This document shows, one piece after another, positions 10,029 to 21,240 of a stretch of 64,000 nucleotides of DNA. This stretch comes from Macrostomum lignano (lineage: Eukaryota), in the NCBI GenBank assembly GCA_002269645.1, contig NIVC01000094.1, forward strand, positions 1,054,001 to 1,118,000. The letters are read 5' to 3'. Under the pieces are notes generated by a model, which saw nothing but the letters and a program-made list of their open reading frames with translations, ran no database searches and was not told where the DNA came from. Within the stretch, counting starts at the first letter, position 1, and each line of letters starts with the position of its first letter. The translations under genes and the position numbers were made by a program.

Positions 10029-13000
10029 TCAATTCAAATTGTGCTTCTCCCGCAGCTGCCACGCCATCTCGAGCAGTTTCAGCCGCTCATCGGCATCATC
10101 AATATGATAGGCAGCCAGATCGGCCAGTGACAAACGGCTGGGCGCGCTCACCACGTTCGGGAACTGGGTGTGGCCCGGCAGCGCCCTGTGCGTGTCCCTG
10201 AACACCCGGTCAGCAATGGCGTTCAGCAGCCTCCAGGGCAGGAGCTCCTCCCGGCGTTCCTGCTCGCTTCGCTCCGAGCTGCAAGCGCTGCGCAGGCAGC
10301 TAAGGAGGGCGCGAACTCCGAATGAGCCCGAGCTGCTGCCGGCCAGAGCTACCTGGCTGGCGCCGGCTGAGTACAACCGGAAATAGTCCGGACTCTCCAG
10401 GATCTGCGGGAAGGGGCGGACTCTTCAGGCTAATATTGCCTGTGTCTAACCTGATCTACTAATCTGCATTTCTCTCCTAACCCCCCATTCCTCTCCTAAT
10501 CCCCCATTCCTCTCCTAATCCCCAAATTCCTCTCCTAATCCCCAATTACTCTCCTAATCCCCAATTCTACGTAATAAGTCTACTCAATCCTCAACCCGGA
10601 GATAAGCAGCGGATTCGGCAGCCAGCGACGCACCGGCAGGCTGGGCGCGACTCCCATCGTCAAGTTGTCGGCAGTTCGGCAGGCGTCGTAGAAGCCGAGC
10701 AGGAGGCGCCGGCCGCTCTGCTGGTGCACCGGCAGCGCCTCGAACAGCGGCCTGACCAATTCGGCGTCGATATCGACGGAGCCGCCGCCGGGCAGCACGA
10801 ACAGGTTGCGACCGATGGTGTTGGCGTCCTGGCTGGACACCGACAGCTCGCCGTGGCCGTCCACCAGCAGTAGCGCCTGCACCGGGTGGCCTTCGGTGGT
10901 TTTGAATTGGATAAAGTTTTGCATTGGCCTTAAGTTGTAAACGAGACCGATAAGTTATAATAGGTAGTAAAGAAACACCAGGATACATATCGGCAATAAA
11001 TACAGTTTCGATACATATCGGCAATAAATACAGTTTCGATACATATCGGAAATCAATACAGTTTCGATACATATCGGCAATCAATACAGTTTCGATACAT
11101 ATCGGCAATCAATACAGTTTCGATACATATCGGCAATCAATACAGTTCCGATACATATCGGCAATAAATACAGTTTCGATACATATCGGCAATCAATAGT
11201 TTCGATACACATCAGCAATCAATACAGTTCCGATACATATCGGCAATAAATACAGTTTCGATACATATCGGCAATCAATACAGTTTCGATACATATCGGC
11301 AATCAATACAGTTTCGATACATATCGGAAATCAATACAGTTTCGATACATATCGGCAATAAATAGTTTTGGTACATATCGGCAATCAATAGTTTCGATAC
11401 ATATCGGCAATAAATAGTTTTTATACATATCGGCAATCAATAGTTTCGATACATATCGGCAATAAATAGTTTTTATACATATCGGCAATAAATAGTTTCA
11501 ATACATATCGGCAATCAATAGTTTCGATACATATCGGCAATAAATATTTTCGATACATATCAGTAATAAATACAGTTTCGATACATATCGGCAATTAATA
11601 CAGTTTCGATAAATATCGGGAATCAATGCAGGTTCGATACATATCGGTCAGGAAAATTCGAAAACTAGACGGACAGCTGAAAGTACTAACAATCGCTGCC
11701 GCCAGCTTCCCTCAGCAATTCGCAGAAGTCGGCAACCACGGCCAGCAGGGCTTCCTTGGCGTCGCCGGAGTCGCCGCGGGCCCAGTCGCAGCAGACGATT
11801 GTCTGGTAGCCCAGCAGTTGCAGAGCGCCCGCTACCTGGCGCAGTTCGCCGGGCACGCATGGCAGATCGCCGCACTCGTAGCGACTGGCGCCAATGAGAA
11901 GGGCGAACTTGCGCCACGCCGGCTGAGCGACCGTGACCAGGCGATTAGCCGCGAATATCGAGAAGAAATCCGTGAGCATCACGAGGTCTGATAAGCGGGT
12001 CCTAGTAGCCGAGACCTGGAATGTTAAATATGACCATGTTAAGTGACGGATTTTGTAAAACCTGTTTATGATCGGAAATCTGATCTATGACCAGAAAAAA
12101 TCTATATGACCAGAAAGCCTATCTATATGACCAGACAGCCAATCTATATGACCAGAAAGCCGATCTATATGACCAGAAAGCCTATCTATATGACCAGAAA
12201 GCCGATCTATATGGTCAGACAGCCTATCTATATGATCAGACAGCCTATCTATATGATCAGACAGCCTATCTATATAATCAGACAGCCTATCTAAATTATC
12301 ATCAGACAGCCTATCTATATGATCAGACAGCCGATCTATATGATCAGACAGCCTATCTATATGATCAGACAGCCTATCTATATGATCAGACAGCCTATCT
12401 ATATGATCAGAAAGCCTATCTATATGATCAGACAGCCTATCTATATGATCAGACAGCCGATCTATATGATCAGACAGCCTATCTATATGACCGGGAAGCC
12501 AATCCTTGCGACCAGAAAGTCTATCTGTTACCAGAATGTCGTATGACATAGCTCATGCACAGAACGCTGACCTGCAGTTCAGGCAGCTGCTCCTGGTACC
12601 GCTCCGCTATCTCCCTGATGGACTTCGACACCCCAGTGAGGAAGCTGTCCACCTGCAGTCGTCCCTCGTCGCACAGGTGCTGGCGCAGCTGCGAATTCAA
12701 AGCCGAAATGCCGAACGACTGTCGATTCCGGTTGTGCCTGGCGCTGTCCAGCACGGCAGCCGCGGCGCTGCCGTAGCTGGTGGCGTGCAAGCGGTGGATC
12801 TGGCTGCCACGAACTGTCACGCCGAGGTCTCCGCCCAGGTGCACAGACGGGCAGCTGGCAATACGGCACATGTCCATCATCACCACTAGAAGGCCTTTGT
12901 CGCTGCTGTCATCGCATGCCGGTTGCCTGCGACCAGCCGACATCGCGTGATTGCCAGGCAGGCAGTCGGCCAGAGGCTTGAGGAAGTCCTCCTCGACACG

Positions 13001-14785
13001 GAGGAAGCTGTCGGGCTGCTCCAGCTTGGCGTCGATTGGCAGAAAACAGGCGCTGGTGGTGACGCCGTCTGCTTTGTAGTTCTGCAACATGCATGATGTT
13101 GTTTCGATATTCGATACATATCGGAACTTTAAAAGCTTTGTTATACACCGTTAATAAATTAGATACATATCAGTATTTAAATATCTTCAATACATATCGG
13201 TACTTAAATAGCTTTAATACATATCGGTACTTAAGTAGCTTCGATACATATCAGTACATAAATAGCTTCGATACATATCGGTATTTAAATAGCTTCGATA
13301 CATATCGGTATTTAAATAGCTTCGATACATATCGGTACTTAAGTAGCTTCGATTACAGAAACAGAACTTCCATATATATCGGCAGGGATAGCTAGGTGCA
13401 CATACGTTTACGACAGTGCCATGACCATCTAACAATAGAAACAGGTGCGGCTCCGGCCCGCTCAGAAGTGCCAAAATGTGACGCAGCCGATCGATGGCGC
13501 AGAGCAGCTTTGCCCGGCTCGGATCCATCAGACGGAGGGTCCGGTAGCCCAGCTTGCGAAGGTAGTCCTCCAATTGGTCGAGCTCTCTTGTATTACCGCA
13601 ACCAAGCCCCGGCATGTGCTTGTAGCTCTGGCAGCTAACTATCAGGGCGTATTTGTGCGTTCGCTCCATGTCGATAGGCAGCGGGCCCTTCGGCTTGATG
13701 TCTGGCACTGCCTGCAGCATTGGAGGCGCAGGTTGGATGCAGGGTTGCGACAAAAATGCGACTTAAGAAAGACTTAATTACTAAAGGTAGGAAGACAGGG
13801 CATTGCACTTCCTAGAAATATTTTTAAAGGCCGAGTAGGAGTTGTAGTAGTAGCTTGCAAAATATTTAATTTCCTATTTACGTAGTAAATTCTTTGCGCA
13901 GAACTACTATTACTACTACTACTACTACTACTACTATTACTACTACCACCACTACTACTACTAAGTATTAGACTTACACGCGGCAAATGTGGCCTTGCCC
14001 GAACTTTCAGGCTGAACATCGCGTATGGTCGAGAACTGACGGGCAGCTGGTTGGCGAGTTGCACTGCGCAACGGTACTGGCCCTGCGGGGGTAGTTAAAG
14101 TACATGTGTACACATACAATAGATATGATTATTTGTCTTCATTATAGGCAGTCTCTTCACTTACTTGATCAGTCAGCGCCACTTGCTTAATACGCAGGTG
14201 AACACCGGTGCAGAGCACCTCATCACTGAGCGCCTTGTGCCAGGACACGCTGGCTATGGCAGCAAACTGTTCTCCAAGGGTAACACCAAACAATGCCACG
14301 CCGCCTTCATCAACTTCCAAGGTGCGACTGGCTGGTAGTAGTCTTTCAAACAAGCCGACGGGCTGCTGCTGCTGCTGCTGTGGTGGCTGAGGCGCCGGCG
14401 GGTTGATGCCGCGAGCGGCGGCGGCGGCAGCGTCAGCAGCGAAGCCCATGGCGGCGAGCACCTCAGCAGACTCAGGTATCCGGCGGAGCACGGAGACCAG
14501 ATGGGCCAGGGTGGCGCCGCGCCGCTGGCCCATTCTTAGCAGGGCGTCGTGCGCCAAATCGATAGAATTGCTGCCAGTCTTGGCCTCGAGCTCCAGAATC
14601 TCAGTCTGCTTCAGAAAGAAGGGCATCACGCGTTTGATGAGCGGATCGCCTGGCGGGACGCCTAACTTGGTGTATAGCGTGTGAAACTGTCCACCTGGCA
14701 GGTGCTGCAGCATGAGCTGATGCGCGTTCATTTGCCTGACGGGTCTCTGCTGCGGCTGCGGCTGCTGCGGGAGCGCGGAAACCAT
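10029..14785 (-). CDS. MALT1-type paracaspase with death domain, one Ig domain and two tandem caspase-like domains (~832 aa; exons 14785-14165, 14082-13978, 13711-13406, 13081-12572, 12015-11691, 10890-10634, 10403-10029)
   Basis: All introns are GT-AG with matching phases (0,0,0,0,1,0); total 2499 nt. Death-domain-like helix set (LAHDALLRMGQRRGATLAHLVSVL). Ig strands (VSWHK...LTDQ|GQYRC). Domain 1: KYALIV...LLDGHG...FLPIDA...MMDMCR. Domain 2: KFALLIG...LVDGHG...FYDACR. These match MALT1 KVALLIG/YAGHG/MVPVDA/LLDMCR. Confidence 0.85.
10470..10566. repeat. ~20-bp short tandem repeat (CTCCTAATCCCCCATTCCT) in paracaspase intron 6
   Basis: ~5 copies read directly. Confidence 0.85.
10983..11645. 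repeat. 26/28-bp minisatellite (GATACATATCGGCAATAAATACAGTTTC) in paracaspase intron 5
   Basis: More than 20 copies read directly. Confidence 0.95.
12103..12495. repeat. 21-bp minisatellite (CTATATGATCAGACAGCCTAT) in paracaspase intron 4
   Basis: ~18 copies read directly. Confidence 0.95.
13106..13352. repeat. 27-bp minisatellite (GATACATATCGGTATTTAAATAGCTTC) in paracaspase intron 3
   Basis: Read directly; same core as 10983-11645. Confidence 0.9.
13902..13962. repeat. (ACT)n microsatellite in paracaspase intron 2
   Basis: Read directly. Confidence 0.95.
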
Positions 14786-15885
14786 TGAGTGTTCGTGTGC
14801 AAAACTAAAATCTTTGTGCGCAAAAATATAAGAGAAGAAGACGCTATTGTTCCAAGGCCAAGCCAGAGCACCCGACAGTTAATATACAGGACAGGGAATC
14901 TGCAGGCTTGCCGTGTGTGTGCGAGCGAGACTAAGATAAGAGTTCGTGATTGCGGATATCCCTTGCTGGTGATAAAAAAAAACAATTTCTATTTATAGCC
15001 AGCCGAGCGAACTGTCGCATTAAATGCTATCCGCGTCAGACAACTGGGGGTTATTTAATTAGCGTGACCGGCCCGAGGGGAGGGAGTGAGAAATCAATGT
15101 ACATTAACTGTACACTGTACACTCAATAGAGAGAGCCAGGCGAAGTATCTATTTATAGGCGAGTTTTAAGTTAGAATTTGGACTAGAAAACTATCTGAAA
15201 GCTGCGCTCTACTAATTCTAGGTAGGGCTAACTCTAAAGAGAGTGAAGGACCCACATGAAGGACCACATCAATTTTATTCATTTAAGGGCCCAATTTAGG
15301 CTAGACAATTGGTTTAACATCTTCCCTGTTGCTTTAAATGTAGCCATTCTTACGACTTTTCATCATCAGATATACTAAGTTCCCAATTACTTGCTGAGTT
15401 GGGAGATTTAGACTGAGATTTAGAGATCTCAATCTCTAAAAAGTAACAATATAGTGATCATATGGGGTAATATTTCTTTCTTAGTCAAAGACACTACTTT
15501 AATATGGGCGTCTGTATAGAGTTTTAACGTAAAACTTTTCGTTTTGAAAACTTATTAATAAACTTTTGTCTATGGCCTAAACTGACAAATGTAACGTTCT
15601 ATCGCAAAATCCGATAGTAATTTGCGCTCAAAATGCTAAAAGTAGGCTGAAGCGATTAAAGATAATCTACTGTTTGAGCCTACAATCAAGCATAACTGGT
15701 TTATATGCTAAATTTATATTTTTAAAACCGAAATTGTTTTATTAACGCGTGACAATGCATGACAATTGAGTAAATGCTAAGACAAAGCAATAATTATCAG
15801 TAGCAAAACAGTTTTTTATGATTCTAAAATAAATAGGTTAACTAAGATAACCAAGATTTTCTAGCAAAATGTAATCAAAATCCTG

Positions 15886-16921
15886 TCGACAGGATCAGAA
15901 TCCTACAGACGGGATCGGAATCCCTACAAACAGGATCAGAATTCCTACAGACGGGATCAGAATCCCTACAGACGGGATCGGAATCCCTACAAACAGGATC
16001 AGAATTCCTACAGACGGGATCGGAATCCCTACAAACAGGATCAGAATTCCTACAGACGGGATCAGAATCCCTACAGACGGGATCGGAATCCCTACAAACA
16101 GGATCAGAATTCCTACAGACGGGATCGGAATCCCTACAAACAGGATCAGAATTCCTACAGACGGGATCAGAATCCCTACAGACGGGATCAGAATCCCTAC
16201 AGACATGATCAGAATCCCTACAGACAGGATCAGAATCACTACAGACAGGATCAGAATCCTACAGACAGGATCAGAATCCCTACAGACAGGATCAGAATCC
16301 CTACAAACAGGATCAGAACCCCTACAGACAGGATCAGAATCTCAACAGACAGGATCAGAATCTCAATAGACAGGATCAGAATCCCTACAGACAGGATTAG
16401 AATCACTACAGACAGGATCAGAATCCTACAGACAGGATCAGAATCCCTACAGACAGGATCAGAATCCCTACAAACAGGATCAGAACCCCTACAGACAGGA
16501 TCAGAATCTCAACAGACAGGATCAGAATCTCAATAGACAGGATCAGAATCCCTACAGACAGGATCAGAATCCCTACAGACAGGATCAGAATCCCTACAGA
16601 CAGGATCAGAATCCCTACAGACAGGATCAGAGTCCCTACAGACAGGATCAGAATCCCTACAGACAGGATCAGAATCCCTACAGACAGGATCAGAGTCCCT
16701 ACAGACAGGATCAGAATCTCAACAGACAGGATCAAAATCCCTACAGACAGGATCAAAATCCCTACAGACAGGATCAGAGTCCCTACAGACAGGATCAGAG
16801 TCCCTACATACAGGATCAGAGTCCCTACAGACAGGATCAGAATCCCTACAGACAGGATCAGAGTCCCTACAGACAGGATCAGAGTCCCTACAGACAGATC
16901 AGAATCCCTACAGACAGGATA
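15886..16921. repeat. 21-bp minisatellite (ACAGACAGGATCAGAATCCCT), ~1 kb
   Basis: Read directly; starts just 3' of the SMIM8 stop on the minus strand. Confidence 0.95.
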
Positions 16922-16980
16922 GAGAAAAGCAGAAACAATGGCCAGATGCTCAAAGTCACGAGCGCAACAGCAAGGAGCCC

Positions 16981-17268
16981 TCAGTCCCACTTGGACCGCG
17001 GCCTGGCGGGAGCGCCTTGCTGGCCAGCGGCACTGTCAAGATTCTCCTGGCGCACATTCATGTAGGCCAGGAAAGCGGCGCAGCAGGTCAGAGCGGCCGT
17101 GCCAATCAGCATCACGGTTTTGTTCGGCTTGGTGTACAGCTCGTAGTTCAACGCCCGAAACATCGGCGAGGTCTTCAGGCCCGAGAGACCGCCGCCGCTG
17201 CTGCCGCCACCTCCTCCTCCAGGTTGATGCAGCTGGCCAGACTGCGCCCGCGGCGGATCTTGGCTTGA
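16981..17268 (-). CDS. SMIM8: Small integral membrane protein 8; single coding exon starting at a splice acceptor, no in-frame ATG
   Basis: GLSGLKTSPMFRALNYELYTKPNKTVMLIGTAALTCCAAFLAYMNVRQEN...RSKWD* matches SMIM8 ([24 protein letters not shown]...SKWD). Acceptor tttccag|TCA at 17268 is phase 0; upstream in-frame TAA at 17349-17347. Confidence 0.88.
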   Translation of the reverse strand, partial: SSQDPPRAQSGQLHQPGGGGGGSSGGGLSGLKTSPMFRALNYELYTKPNKTVMLIGTAALTCCAAFLAYMNVRQENLDSAAGQQGAPARPRSKWD

Positions 17269-17483
17269 CTGGAAATTCGAATTTAAAAAAATTAACACGC
17301 ATTGGTCGTTTTTTGGCCTACTAAAAGTAGTGCGAACGAAAAAAATTTAAGCTACGAGCTAATAGCTATATTTTTATAGCGAAACTGTGGTATCAAATAT
17401 ATATTAATATATGAAAACTCGTATACCTCTTTTACCAAGACAAAATGTTTACCTATAATAAAATATACTAAAAAGGTAATGTC

Positions 17484-17617
17484 CAGTGGCGTAGCTCAAG
17501 GTGGGCTGGGGGGTCATGAGCCCTCCAGACGACGACAGACCAGACAGATCACTATAGCTACTATGACTCCGGCTCGTGACCCCCCCCCCCAAGATGAAAA
17601 TCCTGGCTATGCCGCAG
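17484..17617. mobile_element. hAT-like MITE (134 bp)
   Basis: Ends CAGTGGCGTAGC / GCTATGCCGCAG form an imperfect TIR (3 mismatches); 8-bp flanks GTAATGTC / GTAATGCC (7/8) fit a hAT target-site duplication. Confidence 0.7.
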
Positions 17618-17785
17618 GTAATGCCAACCCTTTATATTAGCACATTAGAGATTAAAAATCTAATTGATTGAAGCATAAGTCCCAGTAGATTAAGGAAACC
17701 ATTTTCAATACACTGTATATTTTGTAAATGCTCAAATGCATAAATAAACGAGTATTAACGGGTTAAATAGTCATAAATCGCGTAT

Positions 17786-20700
17786 TTAGGTGAGCCTGTC
17801 GTCCAGACTCTGAATCTCGCCATTGGACAATTCGGCAACAAGTTGAGCAGGTTGAAAATCAAAGTGCTGATGCTTCAGTACCTGCCAAATTTGGTTGGAA
17901 ATCGAAAGTTCTGTTTATACTAATATAAGTAGTATTATTGCAATATTTTCCGTCCATACCTCGTTACCCCAGCTGGACCAGCCAGGTGTGAGATTTCTGG
18001 CAAACAGTTCGAGGCATCGATAATCGTCTGAGCCAAACAGTGCGTTGAGCAGCGCTGTGGGCAAGGGATTTTATGGCTCTATCAGATGATAGTGCAACTC
18101 ATATTTTCATTTCCTATCGGTAGAAACCTCCTCCAATTAGAGCAATGGCCATCGACAATTATCACCTGTATGCATCACACTCACCCTTACACCGGACTAA
18201 TTAGAGCAATAGCCACCCAATAATTATCACCTGTATATTACTCACCCTTATCTGGACTAATTAGAGCAATAGCCACCCAATAATTATCACCTGTATATTA
18301 CTCACCCTTACCTGGACTAATTAGACCAATGGCCACCCAATAATTATCACCTGTATATTACTCACCCTTACCTGGACTAATTAGAGCAATAGCCACCCAA
18401 TAATTATCACCTGTATATTACTCACCCTTACCTGGACTAATTAGAGCAATAGCCACCCCATAATTATCACCCGTGTACATTGCTCATCACTACACCTGAC
18501 CAACTACCTAATACCCTACTAATAATCGGAGCAATAATGCCGGACTTAAATAACTCACGCTTCAAACACGGCTTCCTTGAGTGCAGGCAAGACGGCACGG
18601 ACATCAGAGTGAGCTCGGCGGGCACGCGTTTATAAACGTCGGATGACGCTGCAAGCTGGGCGGGCGCCAGCACGTAAAGCCGTTCGAAAGGCCGGCGAAA
18701 TCTGCTGTGCAGTGGGGTCAGCGGTCGCCCCGTAGCGGTCACCTGCTCAAGAGTCAGCGGAATGGGCAGCTTCTGCGAATACTTTTATTACTGTTAACTA
18801 TGTCGATCGAACCGGCTGACCCACCTTGACCCACAGCCAACGGCCGATGCAGCGCAGGCCCCAGGCAGCGGTCAGGTCTTCTAGCACGCAGCGCACATGC
18901 TTCAGCGAGTTGGTGCACCAGACCAGCACCAGAGGCCCCGGCCACCCCTTCGCTCCTCCCCCTGACTGTTCAGCTCGATGACGCAGCAACTCCGGCACGG
19001 GTATTCGCGACAGAAGCTCGAGCCCGATGGACTCAGCGGCAGAATAGACTCCGCGCCTGCGTGCCGACGCGTTTGGCCAGGGCGGGTCGGCCAGCACAAC
19101 GTCGTAGGGCCCGTCCGATGAGCTCAGCTGGAGCAGCAGAGGCTTGGCGCTGCACAACTGTGAGATGGCGAACGAGCTGCGAGCCGGCACAGCATAGCAA
19201 CCACCTAGCAGACGAACTGCTCGCCGTTGGCTGACGCTGGGCTCAACAAGAGCAACCCGGCCGAGACGGCAAGCGTCGGCCAGAGCAGCGCCCGGGCCGC
19301 AGTCGGTGCCAGAGTTGAACAGCTCAAACAGGGCCGTCTGGCTCTCAATGCCGCAGATTGAGCGAAGCTGGCCAGCCTCAGTTGGCGTCAGGAAGCTGAC
19401 CAGCCCGGACTGAGTAGCTAGGGACAGCCGGCCTTCAATTGATGATACTGAGAATGCGGACTGGGCAAACCGGGTGATGGACGAGTTTGTCCTTTATAAG
19501 TACACTGAGTTCTTTTATTTATTAGGATCATTTATTATTATTATTAGAGGCAGGGGGGTTGTGTGCACCCTGGCGCACTTTAAGCGACATAGGCACACAA
19601 CCGGCGAGAGGCATTACTGCCCATTCCGCCGACTCCCCTGAGCAGGCACACAAGCGCGCGGATACGTACGCAGGCACACACTCACACAGGAGTGTACAGC
19701 GGCCCTAACTTTATATTATCGTTAGGCATGTACACTTCACTGCGCCTTGGGGGGTTGGCTCTCAAGGCCGTTAATTGCACGAGCAGAGCCAAGCCGAAAT
19801 TCCAATTCAGCCCCAAATTAATGTGACTGCATTTGGAATCGAGCTTGGGTCGCTGGCACACCAGAGCCTGCGCTAGACCGCTGGGCTACGGCCCCCCCTA
19901 TTAGGATCATACTCTGAGGATTATAGGGGATTCCAGCACTAGTTTGAGGATTATAGGGGATTCCAGCACTAGTTTGAGGATTATAGGGGATTCCAGCACT
20001 AGTTTGAGGATTATAGGGGATTCCAGCACTAGTTTGAGGATTATAGGGGATTCCAGCACTAGTTTGAGGATTATAGGGGATTCCAGCACTAGTTTGAGGA
20101 TTATAGGGGATTACAACACTATTTTGAGGATTATAGGGGATTCCAGCACTAGTTTGAGGATTATAGGGGATTCCAGCACTAGTTTGAGGATTATAGGGGA
20201 TTCCAGCACTAGTTTGAGGATTATAGGGGATTCCAGCACTAGTTTGAGGATTATAGGGGATTCCAGCACTAGTTTGAGGATTATAGGGGATTCCAGCACT
20301 AGTTTGAGGATCTTTGGGGATTATAGCACTATTTTGAGGATTATAGGGGATTCCAGCACTAGTTTGAGGATTATAGGGGATTCCAGCACTAGTTTGAGGA
20401 TCTTTGGGGATTATAGCACTATTTTGAGGATTATAGGGGATTTCAGCACTAGTTTGAGGATCTTTGGGGATTACAGCACTAGTTTGAGGATCTTTGGGGA
20501 TTACAGCACTAGTTTGAGGATCTTTGGGGATTCCAGCACTAGTTTGAGGATCTTTGGGATTCCAGAACTAGTTTGAGGATCTTTGGGGATTACATCACTA
20601 GTTTGAGGATCTCTGGGGATTACAGCACTAGTTTGAGGATCTCTGGGGATTACAGCACTACTTTGAGGATCTCTGGGGATTACAGTACTAGTTTGAGGAT

Positions 20701-21161
20701 CTCTGGGGATTACAGCACTACTTTGAGTATATTTAAGGATGACAGGGCTAATTTAAGGATCTTTGGAATGATAGCACTGCCTTGGGGATCTCGTTTTGGC
20801 AGCACTATACTTAAATAAATGGATTATAGAGCCTACATCATCAGACTCGCCACTGTCCGTGTGATCTTCTACGAAACCAGCCGCAGCGGCCTTGCGTTTC
20901 CTTGATTTGGCAGGTTTTTCACGTTCGGGCTCTACAAACACAGACAAGAATTATTGTGTGCATTGAATATACATACTATTCTACTGATTCATTCTATTCA
21001 GTAGCGAATGCGTATATCTTACCATTGTTATACAGCGGATCTAGAATAAGATATTCCAAGTCGGATATTGATTTTGCTTCCTTCAAGTTCCGAAGATGCC
21101 GGAGGGTCTGACGCAGGAAAGTCGTCTCCAGCTGCAGCCTGGCATCGCTGGAAGCTTCTGC
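17786..21161 (-). CDS. METTL4: METTL4 (MT-A70 family N6-adenine methyltransferase); exons 21161-21023, 20931-20837, 19460-18825, 18742-18559, 18054-17960, 17881-17786; start codon not in this model
   Basis: YAVPARSSF, YDVVLADPPW, LVWCTN, WLWVK|VT, SVPSCLHSRKP, CLELFARNL..GWSSWGNE|VLKHQH match METTL4. Splice phases are consistent (1,0,0,1,0). The two upstream exons are less certain (KRK basic patch, phase fit). Confidence 0.85.
18140..18478. repeat. 60-bp minisatellite in a METTL4 intron
   Basis: Unit CTCACCCTTACCTGGACTAATTAGAGCAATAGCCACCCAATAATTATCACCTGTATATTA, ~5.5 copies. Confidence 0.95.
19912..20730. repeat. 30-bp minisatellite (TTTGAGGATTATAGGGGATTCCAGCACTAG) in a METTL4 intron
   Basis: ~27 copies, near-identical at the left and diverging to the right. 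Confidence 0.97.
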
Positions 21162-21240
21162 CTGAAAGTTTGCGCACCGGGACTTGTGAGCTCTCGAAAG
21201 ATTAGGAATCCCATCATTGTAAATCGAGGGTGGCAGTGAC

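Noticed and set aside
10890-10924. ORF-track start MQNFIQFKTTEG as part of paracaspase exon 6
   Set aside because: The nearby ttaag acceptor is out of phase with exon 5. The gaag| acceptor at 10890 fits phase 1 and gives GGSDCHPVQALLLVDGHG, spacing comparable to domain 1.
11987-12532. Alternative exon 4/5 junction (phase 1, 12532 to 11987)
   Set aside because: Also in frame, but the 12572 to 12015 junction restores the VSA..RLS motif seen in domain 2 and is preferred. Either junction still fuses the two domains.
18825-19460. ATG-less METTL4 core exon as the start of the gene
   Set aside because: It joins in phase to upstream exons 20931-20837 and 21161-21023, so it is an internal exon.
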